Shown here: positions 49,492 to 58,943 of the stretch, piece after piece | How positions within the stretch are numbered: position 1 is the first letter of the stretch | How the letters are laid out: every line of letters starts with the position of its first letter | From: a virus | Taxonomy: Duplodnaviria > Heunggongvirae > Uroviricota > Caudoviricetes | IMG/VR virus record: IMGVR_UViG_3300025896_000021 | DNA: 64,000 nt | Reading direction: 5' to 3' (one strand) | Position numbers and translations under genes: made by a program | The notes under the pieces: model-generated | What the model saw: the letters and a program-made list of their open reading frames with translations, nothing else | The model's database searches: none | What the model was told of the DNA's origin: nothing

Positions 49492-49715
49492 GTGAAGAAC
49501 CCAAAGAGCTAAAGTTAGTCTTTGCTCCTGGGTGCTTTGACTCGTTTGAGGGCACCCAGGAAGAATTGGATGAACTGATGGCAGAGATCCAAGCATCATT
49601 TGATAGCGGTGAAATGCTAGAAAAAGGTACTGCCGTGGACCTTGACGACCTATCCGACGAGGATTTTGAAGCCATCATGAATGCAGTGGATGACACACCA
49701 CGACAACTTCAATAA
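49488..49715 (+). CDS. Small acidic hypothetical protein
   Basis: 75 aa, D/E-rich, ATGA-coupled to the upstream gene. Confidence 0.65.
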   Translation: MSEEPKELKLVFAPGCFDSFEGTQEELDELMAEIQASFDSGEMLEKGTAVDLDDLSDEDFEAIMNAVDDTPRQLQ

Positions 49716-49716
49716 G

Positions 49717-49745
49717 TTGACATTAAATGGATTTGATGCTATAAT
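49717..49745 (+). promoter_or_regulatory. Sigma70-type (early) promoter
   Basis: Perfect TTGACA-N17-TATAAT with extended -10 TG. Confidence 0.85.
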
Positions 49746-49771
49746 GTAGCATACATTAAGAAAGACCTGAA

Positions 49772-51067
49772 ATGAGTAAAAAGAATACACATAGCAAAAA
49801 GTACGAAAATCTGATCGGCCCAACTGATTCGAAAGTTGATAATCTAGCACGTGAGCGTCTAGTTACAGCCCGTATTGGTTTGCTGTTGCGTCATTCATTT
49901 TTTGGTAATCTTGCAACACGCATGAAATTGATTAATGCTGATGAATGGTGCGGCACTGCTGCCACTGATGGTCAGAAATTCTATTACAATAGTCGCTTCA
50001 TTATGATGTTGAAGCCTAAAGAAGTCGAATTCTTAGTTGGGCATGAAGTCTTGCACGTTGTATATGATCACATGGGTCGTAGAAACAATCGTGACCCGCA
50101 AATCTGGAACATTGCCGATGACTATGCAGTTAACGCTGACTTGAAACGTCACAAAGTTGGTCAATTCATTACTACTGTAGGTTGCTTATACGAACAAAAG
50201 TATGATGGTCTACCAGCAGAACAAATCTATGATGACTTGATGAAAAACGTCAAGAAAATCTCTATTGAGGACCTCATTGATCAAATGCTTGATGATCACA
50301 TGGACGGCGAAGACGGCGAAGATGGTGACGGCGATGGCGATGGTGACAAAGAAGGTAATGGTAAAGATGGTAAGAAGCCTGGTCGGGGCAAGCGCCCTCA
50401 ATTGTCGCAAGAAGAAAAGGACCGCATTCGTCAGGAAGTGAAGCAAGCAATTATCAGTGCCGCGCAAAGTGCAGAAGCAGGTACATTGCCTAAAGGTGTT
50501 GAACGATTGATTCGTGACACTACTAACCCAGTCATGCCTTGGCGCGAACTGATTCAAACAAACTTGACTAGTTGCATTCGTACAGACTATAGCTGGGCAC
50601 GTCCGTCACGTAGAAGCTGGCACATGGATGCTATCATGCCCGGTATGACCCCCGGTGAAGAAATTGATGTTGTAGTAACACTTGACATGTCAGGTTCTAT
50701 CAGCAACAAACAAGCGCAAGCATTCTTGGGCGAAGTTGGTGGCATGATGCAATCATTCGATGGTTACAAGGTCCATATCTTTTGCTTTGATACTAAGACT
50801 TACAACCCACAAGACTTCTCTAGCGAGAACATGGACCTGATTGAAAATTATGAGCCAATGGGCGGCGGTGGCACTGACTTTGATTGTATCTTTGAATACT
50901 TGAAAGAAAATGCAATTGACCCCAAGCGACTGATTGTGTTCACTGACGGGTATCCCTGTGGTAGTTGGGGTGACAAAGATTACTGTGATACGACTTGGAT
51001 CATTCATGGTGACCCTGATCCGCATCCCCCGTTCGGTACGTTCGCATTGTATGATGAAACAAAATAA
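49772..51067 (+). CDS. HExxH metallopeptidase-like plus VWA domain protein (DUF2201-like)
   Basis: TAATDG, HEVLH, acidic/Gly linker, MIDAS DMSGS, GGGGTDF, FTDG. Confidence 0.82.
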   Translation: MSKKNTHSKKYENLIGPTDSKVDNLARERLVTARIGLLLRHSFFGNLATRMKLINADEWCGTAATDGQKFYYNSRFIMMLKPKEVEFLVGHEVLHVVYDHMGRRNNRDPQIWNIADDYAVNADLKRHKVGQFITTVGCLYEQKYDGLPAEQIYDDLMKNVKKISIEDLIDQMLDDHMDGEDGEDGDGDGDGDKEGNGKDGKKPGRGKRPQLSQEEKDRIRQEVKQAIISAAQSAEAGTLPKGVERLIRDTTNPVMPWRELIQTNLTSCIRTDYSWARPSRRSWHMDAIMPGMTPGEEIDVVVTLDMSGSISNKQAQAFLGEVGGMMQSFDGYKVHIFCFDTKTYNPQDFSSENMDLIENYEPMGGGGTDFDCIFEYLKENAIDPKRLIVFTDGYPCGSWGDKDYCDTTWIIHGDPDPHPPFGTFALYDETK

Positions 51068-51075
51068 GGATTGAT

Positions 51076-51207
51076 ATGGAACAGGTCTATATGTTGCTGA
51101 GTGGCTTAGGCTATCTTTTTATCTTTGCAGTATTGCTTGGAATCGGCTATCTCTTTGTAAAATTGTTGGCAACTGGATTGGAATCGTTATCGGAGCACGA
51201 TGACTGA
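51076..51207 (+). CDS. Small membrane protein, 43 aa (not in ORF track)
   Basis: AAGGA SD; MEQVYMLLSGLGYLFIFAVLLGIGYLFVKLLATGLESLSEHDD. Confidence 0.6.
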   Translation: MEQVYMLLSGLGYLFIFAVLLGIGYLFVKLLATGLESLSEHDD

Positions 51208-51436
51208 CATTTATGAATCCCCCGATAAAGGGGAAACGGTGTATGTTCGCAAAGCAGGTGAGAGCGAACGTACTCTACACAGTGAGAGTACCCGTCATTC
51301 TGACCTCTATATCCAGATGAAAGAAAGTCAACTATGGGGAAACATTCACCGTGCAGCGAAAACAAATGTATCATTAGCTGATGCGTTAGATAAAGTGAAA
51401 ATGATTTATGCGCTCATCAAAAAAGAAACTAACTAG
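51200..51436 (+). CDS. Hypothetical protein
   Basis: 78 aa; GGAG SD; IYESPDKGETVYVR. Confidence 0.65.
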   Translation: MTDIYESPDKGETVYVRKAGESERTLHSESTRHSDLYIQMKESQLWGNIHRAAKTNVSLADALDKVKMIYALIKKETN

Positions 51437-51779
51437 GTATTTGGCAATGTGGGACATGACTGGACTTGAATGTCTAGTCAATGTATCTACTGTGCTAGAT
51501 GAACATGAACAATGGGGTAAGGAAAATATCTGGAGTATCCTGAAAGAGGAAAAACGGTCCCCGGCACCTAGAGGTGTTCCGTTGGATAGTATGATACTTA
51601 GAGCAAGATACAATAGTCAACGCCACTATGAAATCTACACCTTTGATTCAGAGTTGACAGAAGAAGATATTAAAGAAACATTTGCTAGTGACCCACAAGT
51701 AATGGTAGATGCTATTCGCAATGTGGGTCATGAATTGTATAGTGATAGAGTATTAAAGAAAACACAGGTGATTACATGA
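51408..51779 (+). CDS. Hypothetical protein
   Basis: 123-aa ORF in a tightly packed operon. Confidence 0.6.
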   Translation: MRSSKKKLTRYLAMWDMTGLECLVNVSTVLDEHEQWGKENIWSILKEEKRSPAPRGVPLDSMILRARYNSQRHYEIYTFDSELTEEDIKETFASDPQVMVDAIRNVGHELYSDRVLKKTQVIT

Positions 51780-52186
51780 TGTATATTGGAACAAGTTTGG
51801 GTAGATGTTTGCGTAGCATTCTTATAGGTGAAGTGTCCGAGGAAGATGTATTATTGATCATCACTCGTACTATGACATTCGATACAGAGCGTTTTATCGG
51901 TGTAGTAAAAATGTATTACCAAGAAGGTAACTACACTTCACGTAATTCAACTGACTATGATCTTTCAGTCAAGCCATGGGAAGAAGTGGAAGCACTTGCT
52001 AACCGATTGTATACTACTGGCAAGATTCATCAGCCTAGGAACTTTGTAAATTTGGGTAATCAATTTATACATCCTGAATTGAGCAATGATGTTTGGGTTG
52101 AAGTAGCACCTAAAAGTCGTAATTCTACACCTGCGGTTGTTCAGGCATACGATCAATATAAAATGCTTGATGCGTTGACAAAATGA
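51776..52186 (+). CDS. Hypothetical protein
   Basis: 136 aa, ATGA-coupled. Confidence 0.65.
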   Translation: MMYIGTSLGRCLRSILIGEVSEEDVLLIITRTMTFDTERFIGVVKMYYQEGNYTSRNSTDYDLSVKPWEEVEALANRLYTTGKIHQPRNFVNLGNQFIHPELSNDVWVEVAPKSRNSTPAVVQAYDQYKMLDALTK

Positions 52187-52431
52187 ATGTAAATGTACTG
52201 GCTTGGTATGCTACCCGCAAGCTAGCATCCTCTCCACCTCACTTTGTAAAGTGCAATACTCCCTTGTCGGATAAATCACTACTTTGGGTAATGGCTAAAT
52301 TACAAGGTAGATATTCATTATCGGACAGAGACGAAGACGATGATTTTGTGTTTTTAACCACACATGATATTTCCTTTGAAGATCCAGCAGAAGCAATGCT
52401 GTATGAGTTACGCTGGTCGGGTACAAAATAA
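52183..52431 (+). CDS. Hypothetical protein
   Basis: 82 aa, ATGA-coupled. Confidence 0.6.
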   Translation: MNVNVLAWYATRKLASSPPHFVKCNTPLSDKSLLWVMAKLQGRYSLSDRDEDDDFVFLTTHDISFEDPAEAMLYELRWSGTK

Positions 52432-52483
52432 ATTTTGTGCCGGTCAAAAAACATTAAATATTTAAAACTAAGGAGATATAGTT

Positions 52484-53191
52484 ATGAGTTTTTTACGACA
52501 TGTAGGGAAAATCGGTGATCGGAAAGTAGCAATTGTTTTCCGTGAGGTACCAAATGAAACACATATGTGTTTAGTATGCTATACGGATACATTGAATCGT
52601 CACATTCACGATCCAATGATGAAATGTATTGAGAGTGATATTGGTCAAAGTAGCCAAAACTTAGCAGATGCATTGAATCGTACCCATACACAAGATGGTA
52701 AGTACATTTTACAAGTACTACATGCACAGGGCATGTTGAAAAAAGTACAAACAGAATCAGTGGTGGTAACACCTAATTCTAATACTAGGATTAAACTTAG
52801 TGACTTGAATAAGATTCTAGATGAAATGGAACAAGGTGAAGCAGCAGTTAAACGTTTAGCTGAAATTGATAGCAGCCGTGGCATTCAAGATGCTAACCAA
52901 GTTGCCCAAAGAGCACGTGACCGCGCTGCCGAAGCAAGTCTTCCACCAGTCACTACGGCAGAAGATGGGTTGTTGTCCGATACACTAATTGCTAAAAATC
53001 TACGTAATCAAGCTAGGAAGATGGAAGATGAAGCTAGAGGTCTATTGGCTGAAAGTGCTAGATTGCAAACAGAGGCATCTTCACTCGATGGGGTAGCATC
53101 AATGTATGCCTCACCTAACGCAAGCAATGTGCTAGCTGCACCTGTAGCCAAGAAACGTGGTCGCCCTGCTAAAGTTAAAGTACTAGTGTAA
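52484..53191 (+). CDS. Hypothetical protein with coiled coil and C-terminal AT-hook-like motif
   Basis: AAGGAG SD; ATTAAATA at 52453-60; ends KKRGRPAKV. Confidence 0.7.
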   Translation: MSFLRHVGKIGDRKVAIVFREVPNETHMCLVCYTDTLNRHIHDPMMKCIESDIGQSSQNLADALNRTHTQDGKYILQVLHAQGMLKKVQTESVVVTPNSNTRIKLSDLNKILDEMEQGEAAVKRLAEIDSSRGIQDANQVAQRARDRAAEASLPPVTTAEDGLLSDTLIAKNLRNQARKMEDEARGLLAESARLQTEASSLDGVASMYASPNASNVLAAPVAKKRGRPAKVKVLV

Positions 53192-53198
53192 ATAACGA

Positions 53199-53495
53199 AT
53201 GACTCCCGAGTACATCAAAAAATGGGAACACATTCTTGAGGATATTGATAAAGTTAATGTACCTGTTCAATTCATTCGTAAAATCGTAGTGAAGATGACA
53301 GGGAAGAAACAACATACTATTAATATTCAGGCTTTGATGAAGCAAGGATTGGACCCGGAAGAGGTGGAGGAAGTTATTTCACGTAAGTTAAATGAACTCG
53401 ATCCACTAATCACTAGTTTTGAATTTGTCCTCAACGTTGAGAACATTGCAGAAACAGTGCAACCCGAAACAGATAAACTATTAGGTAAACTATGA
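53199..53495 (+). CDS. Hypothetical protein
   Basis: 98 aa; TAAATA 4 nt upstream. Confidence 0.65.
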   Translation: MTPEYIKKWEHILEDIDKVNVPVQFIRKIVVKMTGKKQHTINIQALMKQGLDPEEVEEVISRKLNELDPLITSFEFVLNVENIAETVQPETDKLLGKL

Positions 53496-53944
53496 AGTTA
53501 ATCGTAGCGTGTGATCCTAATGGAGGAATAGGCTATAAAAACAAATTGCCCTGGAGTAACATTCAGGGCGATTTGCCAAGATTCAAAAAACTAACTACAG
53601 ATAAAATTGTTGTTATGGGCAGAAATACTTGGGACAGCTTAGAGAAAAAACCTCTACCGAATAGAGTTAATATAGTCGTAACTACTCGTGAGTTAGAAAA
53701 TGTTACTACTATTAATAGTATCTCACATCAGTTTTATGGCGAATACCCTGATGCATGGCTCATAGGCGGTGCGCAACTTATCAACAGTAGTTGGCATCTT
53801 ATTGATGAAGTACATTTAACAATAACTTTCGCCGAATACACTTGCGATACGTTCATTGATCTGTTAAAATTGTCTAAAGAATTCACTTGCAATGAACTGG
53901 AAGAGTTTCCAGATCATACATATCAAATTTGGAAAAGACGATGA
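53492..53944 (+). CDS. folA: Dihydrofolate reductase
   Basis: GIGYKNKLPW, DLPRFK, VMGRNTWDS, PLPNRVN, IGGAQL. Confidence 0.93.
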   Translation: MKLIVACDPNGGIGYKNKLPWSNIQGDLPRFKKLTTDKIVVMGRNTWDSLEKKPLPNRVNIVVTTRELENVTTINSISHQFYGEYPDAWLIGGAQLINSSWHLIDEVHLTITFAEYTCDTFIDLLKLSKEFTCNELEEFPDHTYQIWKRR

Positions 53945-54816
53945 AACAATACTTAGATTTACTTAAAGACATTTTAGAAAACGGAGAAACAAAAGATGAT
54001 AGAACTGGCACTGGCACTATTAGTGTGTTTGGACGTCACCTTCGCTTTGATTTGCGTCGGGGCTTTCCAGCCGTCACAACGAAAAAGTTAGCATGGAAAG
54101 CATGTGTAGGTGAACTAATTTGGTTCATTGAAGGATCAAGTGATGAGCGTAGACTAGCAGAGATTACGCATGGTACTCGTGAAGGTGGAGTAACTATCTG
54201 GACACCAAATGCATTAGCTCCTTATTGGAAGCCTAAAGCGAAGTTTGAAGGTGATCTTGGACGAGTATATGGGGTACAATGGCGACAATGGAATCCACAC
54301 ACTATCAAGTGGACAAGCTCTAGTGAGTCGGAACCAGTGTACATTGATCAATTGAAGAATCTCATAGAAGGATTGAAACAAGATCCTAATGGGCGCAGGC
54401 ACATTCTAAGTTCCTGGAACGTGGGCGAGTTAGACCAAATGGCTTTGCCACCTTGTCATGTTATGAGTCAATTTTATGTCAACAAAAATAAAGAACTCTC
54501 TTGCCATATGTACCAGCGTAGTGTGGATGTTTTCCTTGGGCTACCTTTTAACATTGCTAGCTATGCGCTACTCACTCATTTGATTGCACATCACTGTGGA
54601 TTGAAAGTTGGTGAACTTGTTATCAGTACAGGTGATACTCATATCTACCAAGACCACGTTGAGCAAGTCAACGAACAATTGCAACGTGAACCGTTTGCAA
54701 CGCCCACTCTTACACTGAATACATTGAAGACTAATATCTTTGAAATGACAATGCAAGATATAGCATTAACTGGATACGAAAGCCATGGCTCTATCAAAGC
54801 AAACATGGCTGTATGA
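53941..54816 (+). CDS. thyA: Thymidylate synthase
   Basis: DRTGTGT, ALPPCH, YQRSVDVFLGLPFNIASY, GDTHIY; start ATG 53941. Confidence 0.96.
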   Translation: MKQYLDLLKDILENGETKDDRTGTGTISVFGRHLRFDLRRGFPAVTTKKLAWKACVGELIWFIEGSSDERRLAEITHGTREGGVTIWTPNALAPYWKPKAKFEGDLGRVYGVQWRQWNPHTIKWTSSSESEPVYIDQLKNLIEGLKQDPNGRRHILSSWNVGELDQMALPPCHVMSQFYVNKNKELSCHMYQRSVDVFLGLPFNIASYALLTHLIAHHCGLKVGELVISTGDTHIYQDHVEQVNEQLQREPFATPTLTLNTLKTNIFEMTMQDIALTGYESHGSIKANMAV

Positions 54817-55111
54817 AGATATGTTGCCTTCAAGGCAACTAAGAATATCTGATACAGGTGAACACATTGTCACGGTTACTCGTGTCGTACACACGTTTAA
54901 AATGAATGACTGTGATGACCCTGATTTGTTAGCAGCAGAACCCATATATAACTGGCAGCAAACAGAAGCAGGCAAGTGGATAATGGAAAACTCTGCACCA
55001 ACAGCTAGCTGGCATCGTAACACAGATCATAATACATACGGATACATATATCAAATCAGAGCGTATCTTACTCCACAGCAAATAACATATTTTGAATTGA
55101 AATTTAAATGA
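54785..55111 (+). CDS. Hypothetical protein (start uncertain)
   Basis: DDPDLLAAEPIYNWQQTEAGKW; fills the gap between thyA and the epimerase. Confidence 0.6.
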   Translation: MALSKQTWLYEDMLPSRQLRISDTGEHIVTVTRVVHTFKMNDCDDPDLLAAEPIYNWQQTEAGKWIMENSAPTASWHRNTDHNTYGYIYQIRAYLTPQQITYFELKFK

Positions 55112-56067
55112 ATATTTTAGTAACAGGCGGACTCGGTCTCATAGGACACAATGTTGTCCAGCGTTTAGAAAAGTTAGGACATGAAGTTGTCATTGTTGAC
55201 ACTAGGACTAACTATGGAATAATTCCTCCTAGCGAAATCATGTACTTAATGAGTGAGAGGCAAAAGAAAATTACTACTACTCATATCTACAGTGCAGACA
55301 TTGTATCAGACACTATGGATTATTTGTTTGAAAAGTACCAGTTTGAACTAGTGATTCACATGGCTAGTTTTCCTAGACAGAAGGTTGTAAACAATAACCC
55401 TATGCTAGGTGCAAAGACAATGGTAGAAGGATTACTTAACCTATGTGAGTTAAGCAAGCAACACAGTGTACAGAAGTTTTTGTATATTAGCTCTAGTATG
55501 GTCTATGGCGACTTTACTGATGATGTAACTGAGGATGCAATCTGTAAACCTCAAGGACAATATGGAATTATGAAACTAGCAGGAGAAGAACTTGTCAGAG
55601 ACTACAGCCGCCGTGGTTGCTTCAATCATACTATCATTCGCCCTAGTGCTGTATATGGCCCCTTGGATGTGGAAGATAGAGTCATCGCAAAATTTATGCT
55701 CACCGCACTGCGTGGGGGTATTCTCAACGTTAATGGGGCAGGTGAAACACTAGACTTCACATATGTAGACGATGCAGCAGATGGTATTGTATCAGCAGCA
55801 TTGAGTGAGAACACAATAAACAAGACATACAACATCACAAAGAGCCACAGTCGTACATTACTAGATGCAGCCGAACTAGCTGTTAAGATTGTGGGTAAAG
55901 GTATCATTAATGTTCGTGACAAAGACGCAGATTTTCCTAGCAGAGGTGCATTAAACATTGATGCAGCTAGAAAAGACTTTGGATTTGATCCTAAAGTAGA
56001 TGTAGATGAGGGATTTTATAACTATTACAAGTGGTTAGTGGACGATCCTTACTTTAACAATGTATAA
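55108..56067 (+). CDS. NAD-dependent nucleotide-sugar epimerase/dehydratase
   Basis: VTGGLGLIG, SSSMVYG, YGIMK (YxxxK), RPSAVYGP, DFTYVDD. Confidence 0.9.
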   Translation: MNILVTGGLGLIGHNVVQRLEKLGHEVVIVDTRTNYGIIPPSEIMYLMSERQKKITTTHIYSADIVSDTMDYLFEKYQFELVIHMASFPRQKVVNNNPMLGAKTMVEGLLNLCELSKQHSVQKFLYISSSMVYGDFTDDVTEDAICKPQGQYGIMKLAGEELVRDYSRRGCFNHTIIRPSAVYGPLDVEDRVIAKFMLTALRGGILNVNGAGETLDFTYVDDAADGIVSAALSENTINKTYNITKSHSRTLLDAAELAVKIVGKGIINVRDKDADFPSRGALNIDAARKDFGFDPKVDVDEGFYNYYKWLVDDPYFNNV

Positions 56068-56070
56068 ATA
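56063..56070 (+). promoter_or_regulatory. T4 late consensus TATAAATA
   Basis: Exact match 5 nt before the spanin ATG. Confidence 0.7.
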
Positions 56071-56075
56071 ATACT

Positions 56076-56519
56076 ATGTTCATACTATCAATACTTCCCG
56101 ACTTTGTGCTACACTTAATTCTAATAGCAGGCATCTTAGGCACTATTGCAGGATTTGTGTTAGGGTTTATCCCCCTCATTAGAATGTATAAGCTACCCAT
56201 TCAAATTTGTAGTTTGTTGATTCTGTCACTCGGGGTGTATTTAGAGGGAGGTCTTGCTAATGAACAAGAATGGCGACTTAAGGTGGCAGAAGTTGAAGCT
56301 AAGTTGGCAAAAGCAGAAGCGCAGTCTGCGGTTGAAAATGTAAAGATAGTAACTAAAGTCGTCAAACAGTTAGAGTTAGTTAGAACTCGCGGAAATGATA
56401 TCGTGCAGTATGTTGACCGTGAGGTTACTAAGTATGACACATCTTGCCCTATACCTTCTGTAGTGATAAAAGCTCACAATGATGCTGTGTCTGACCCAAG
56501 AACAAAGGATATCAAATGA
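56076..56519 (+). CDS. Inner-membrane spanin (Rz-like)
   Basis: N-terminal TM segments, coiled coil, C-terminal CPIP..VIKAHNDA; overlaps a lipoprotein gene. Confidence 0.7.
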   Translation: MFILSILPDFVLHLILIAGILGTIAGFVLGFIPLIRMYKLPIQICSLLILSLGVYLEGGLANEQEWRLKVAEVEAKLAKAEAQSAVENVKIVTKVVKQLELVRTRGNDIVQYVDREVTKYDTSCPIPSVVIKAHNDAVSDPRTKDIK

Positions 56520-56785
56520 AACATATATTGATCATTCTCTCCCTAATGCTAAGTGCATGTAGCACACCAGTGCCCATTTCTGCTAAATTTCCTGATGTTC
56601 CCCCACAGATAATGGAAAAATGCCCCCAACTGAAATCAATTGAGGGCGAAACGACTACTCTAAGTACTATCACCAAGACCGTTGTCGTTAACTATACTAC
56701 ATATTATGACTGTGCAGTTAAGATGGACGGTTGGATTGAGTGGTACAACGTTCAAAAAATCATATTTGAGAACGCCGGTAAGTAG
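56516..56785 (+). CDS. Outer-membrane spanin lipoprotein (Rz1-like)
   Basis: Lipobox LSAC; Pro-rich FPDVPP...CP; NYTTYYDC. Confidence 0.75.
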   Translation: MKHILIILSLMLSACSTPVPISAKFPDVPPQIMEKCPQLKSIEGETTTLSTITKTVVVNYTTYYDCAVKMDGWIEWYNVQKIIFENAGK

Positions 56786-57598
56786 TTAATCAGCTTTACC
56801 GCATTTAGCACGTTTAGCTTTAGTAAGCGCACCGAAGTCTACTTTCCACTCAGCACCTGGCTGTAACTCTGTTACACCTACAGGATAAGCGTAATTCACG
56901 TTGGCAGATTTTTCAATTTGTGCAATTGATACACGAAACTTAGTTAAGTCATTGCCCAAGTTAACATAGGGCTTGGTGTGCGGGAATCCCCATCCTGCAA
57001 CTTCTTTGGTAGAGTTGTTTATTACAATCTTGTAGTATCCATGGGGCACAATAACACCCTTACCAATTGTTTCATCTCCGGCACCATACAATGCTCCAAC
57101 ATAGATAGTGAACGGTTGATTCAATTGAACCGCCCATCCACGAACACTAGTCTCAAGTAGTTTCCAGATGCCACGATTCAATGAGCCATGTTGTGGGTAC
57201 ATATTAGTCATTAAAAACGATTCGTATTCGACTTGCTGAGTGTATGATAGATCACCGTCCGGCGCAGCGTGTCCTTTGTCGTAACCAGTGCCAGCATAAT
57301 CATCAGGTACTGCACCACCTTGAATTGATTTATCAGCTACAAAAGCATTAGTGCGGGGAAAGCAACCCAATGCATTAGCGGGTTGCAGTGTGTATGCTAC
57401 ATAAACTGGAATCTTCACTGGTGCATCATATGCAACTAGATATGCTTCACGGCAGATTGGCATTGCTGTACGCTGAGTTTGCGCAAAGCCATATGGACTG
57501 TGAACAGCACATGCTTGTACTGGATTAGGGGCACGTTGGTCCCATGCGTGTGCGGATGCTGAAATGATTAACAACAATCCTAATAGAAATTTGTGCAT
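56786..57598 (-). CDS. Secreted DNA/RNA non-specific endonuclease (NucA/EndA family)
   Basis: Signal peptide; YDKGHAAP (DRGH-like), TNMYPQ..LNRGIW..LE; AAGGAG SD and ACTAAATA (57621-28) on the minus strand. Confidence 0.88.
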   Translation of the reverse strand: MHKFLLGLLLIISASAHAWDQRAPNPVQACAVHSPYGFAQTQRTAMPICREAYLVAYDAPVKIPVYVAYTLQPANALGCFPRTNAFVADKSIQGGAVPDDYAGTGYDKGHAAPDGDLSYTQQVEYESFLMTNMYPQHGSLNRGIWKLLETSVRGWAVQLNQPFTIYVGALYGAGDETIGKGVIVPHGYYKIVINNSTKEVAGWGFPHTKPYVNLGNDLTKFRVSIAQIEKSANVNYAYPVGVTELQPGAEWKVDFGALTKAKRAKCGKAD

Positions 57599-57687
57599 AA
57601 ATGCTCCTTATATATGTATATATTTAGTCTGTAGCAAAATCAAAACGGTGTTGCCAACGATAAATATAGTATAATCGGAATACTTAC

Positions 57688-58530
57688 ATGGCGACAACCC
57701 TACATATACTAGAAGTTATTGATATTGGTCTATTACCCAATGATGGCACCGGAGATCCATTGCGTGTTGCATTTGACAAGATCAATAACAACTTTGCTAG
57801 TATCCCGCTACTAAATCAAGGTGGACCTAACGGCGCATTACAGTTCAATAATGCAGGATTAAGCGGAGGTATTGCTAACTTAACCATAGATGTAGAGCTT
57901 AACCAAGTTAATATTGATACGAATATCATCCCTATCACTACTAACGTAGTTGAAATCGGGAGTGATGAAAAGCGTGTCGCTAATGTATGGCTGAGTAAAC
58001 TTGATTCATTGCACATAGGTAATGTAGGTGTTAGTGAAAACTTTAATGTATTAAGTTTCTATCAAAACTCTAATAGATTTGTAGCAACCGACTTACAAGT
58101 AGGTAACATTTACGCTACCGGTGACTTATTTGCAATCGGTAATGTTACTAGTACTGGTAGTATGGAAGTCAATGGTGGTATCGGACTTAATGGTGGTATT
58201 ACAATTAACTCATCAAATGTAACAACACAGACTAACACTGCTAATCAAGTGATATACGAATTGCCCCAAGGTACTTTTAGCACTATTCGCTTTCAAATAT
58301 CATCCTCTGCGATTGACACGAATGATAGTCAAACAGCTACAATCACAGTAACCAAACGCAATGACGGAATCAGGGCCCAGCACAATGTATTCGGTACAGT
58401 GTTTATAGGCAATGCAGTAACTCGTTATAATATTGACATTGCGTATGGTAATCTCAGACTAATGGTGTCTCCGATCCCTAATATTCCAATGATACATTTA
58501 TTTTCTTATCAATCGGACAAAGAAGTATGA
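57688..58530 (+). CDS. Virion structural protein with T4 gp9/gp10-like N-terminal motif
   Basis: IDIGLLPNDGTGDPLRVAFDKINNNF; GATAAATA at 57659-66. Confidence 0.65.
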   Translation: MATTLHILEVIDIGLLPNDGTGDPLRVAFDKINNNFASIPLLNQGGPNGALQFNNAGLSGGIANLTIDVELNQVNIDTNIIPITTNVVEIGSDEKRVANVWLSKLDSLHIGNVGVSENFNVLSFYQNSNRFVATDLQVGNIYATGDLFAIGNVTSTGSMEVNGGIGLNGGITINSSNVTTQTNTANQVIYELPQGTFSTIRFQISSSAIDTNDSQTATITVTKRNDGIRAQHNVFGTVFIGNAVTRYNIDIAYGNLRLMVSPIPNIPMIHLFSYQSDKEV

Positions 58531-58913
58531 GAGCAAACGAATTCATCACTGAAGTAAAAGCCGGCCCTGTTGGGAAACGTAGACAAAATGCTACCAAGGG
58601 TCTGAACACATACGGCGACGGTGAACATATAAGCGGAGACTACACTTCATACCGCTTGGGCATGGCTGTTGCTGGCGCAGATGGTAAAACTCCACCGGAC
58701 ATTGATGCAAAAAGTTGGATAGGTAAATCTAAATCAACTCATCCTTATACTAAGGAAGAACAAGATATGCTTAAACATGCATACGCAGCAGTTGGTGCAA
58801 AATATCAAGATTTAAACAACGGTGATATGCGTAGTATGGAACCCGAAGATACTCACAAAACTAGCCCAATGATGGGGTTCAGTGGGTACGAAAAGAAATC
58901 TAAGAAAAAATAA
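58527..58913 (+). CDS. Hypothetical protein, possible internal head protein
   Basis: N-terminal MRANEFITE. Confidence 0.6.
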   Translation: MRANEFITEVKAGPVGKRRQNATKGLNTYGDGEHISGDYTSYRLGMAVAGADGKTPPDIDAKSWIGKSKSTHPYTKEEQDMLKHAYAAVGAKYQDLNNGDMRSMEPEDTHKTSPMMGFSGYEKKSKKK

Positions 58914-58943
58914 ATCACCGTAGTTTTGCTGATAAGTAAAACT

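Noticed and set aside
53941-54816. ThyA homologue as a dCMP/dUMP hydroxymethylase for DNA hypermodification
   Set aside because: It has canonical ThyA motifs, including the dUMP-specifying Asn (PFNIASY), and is paired with DHFR.
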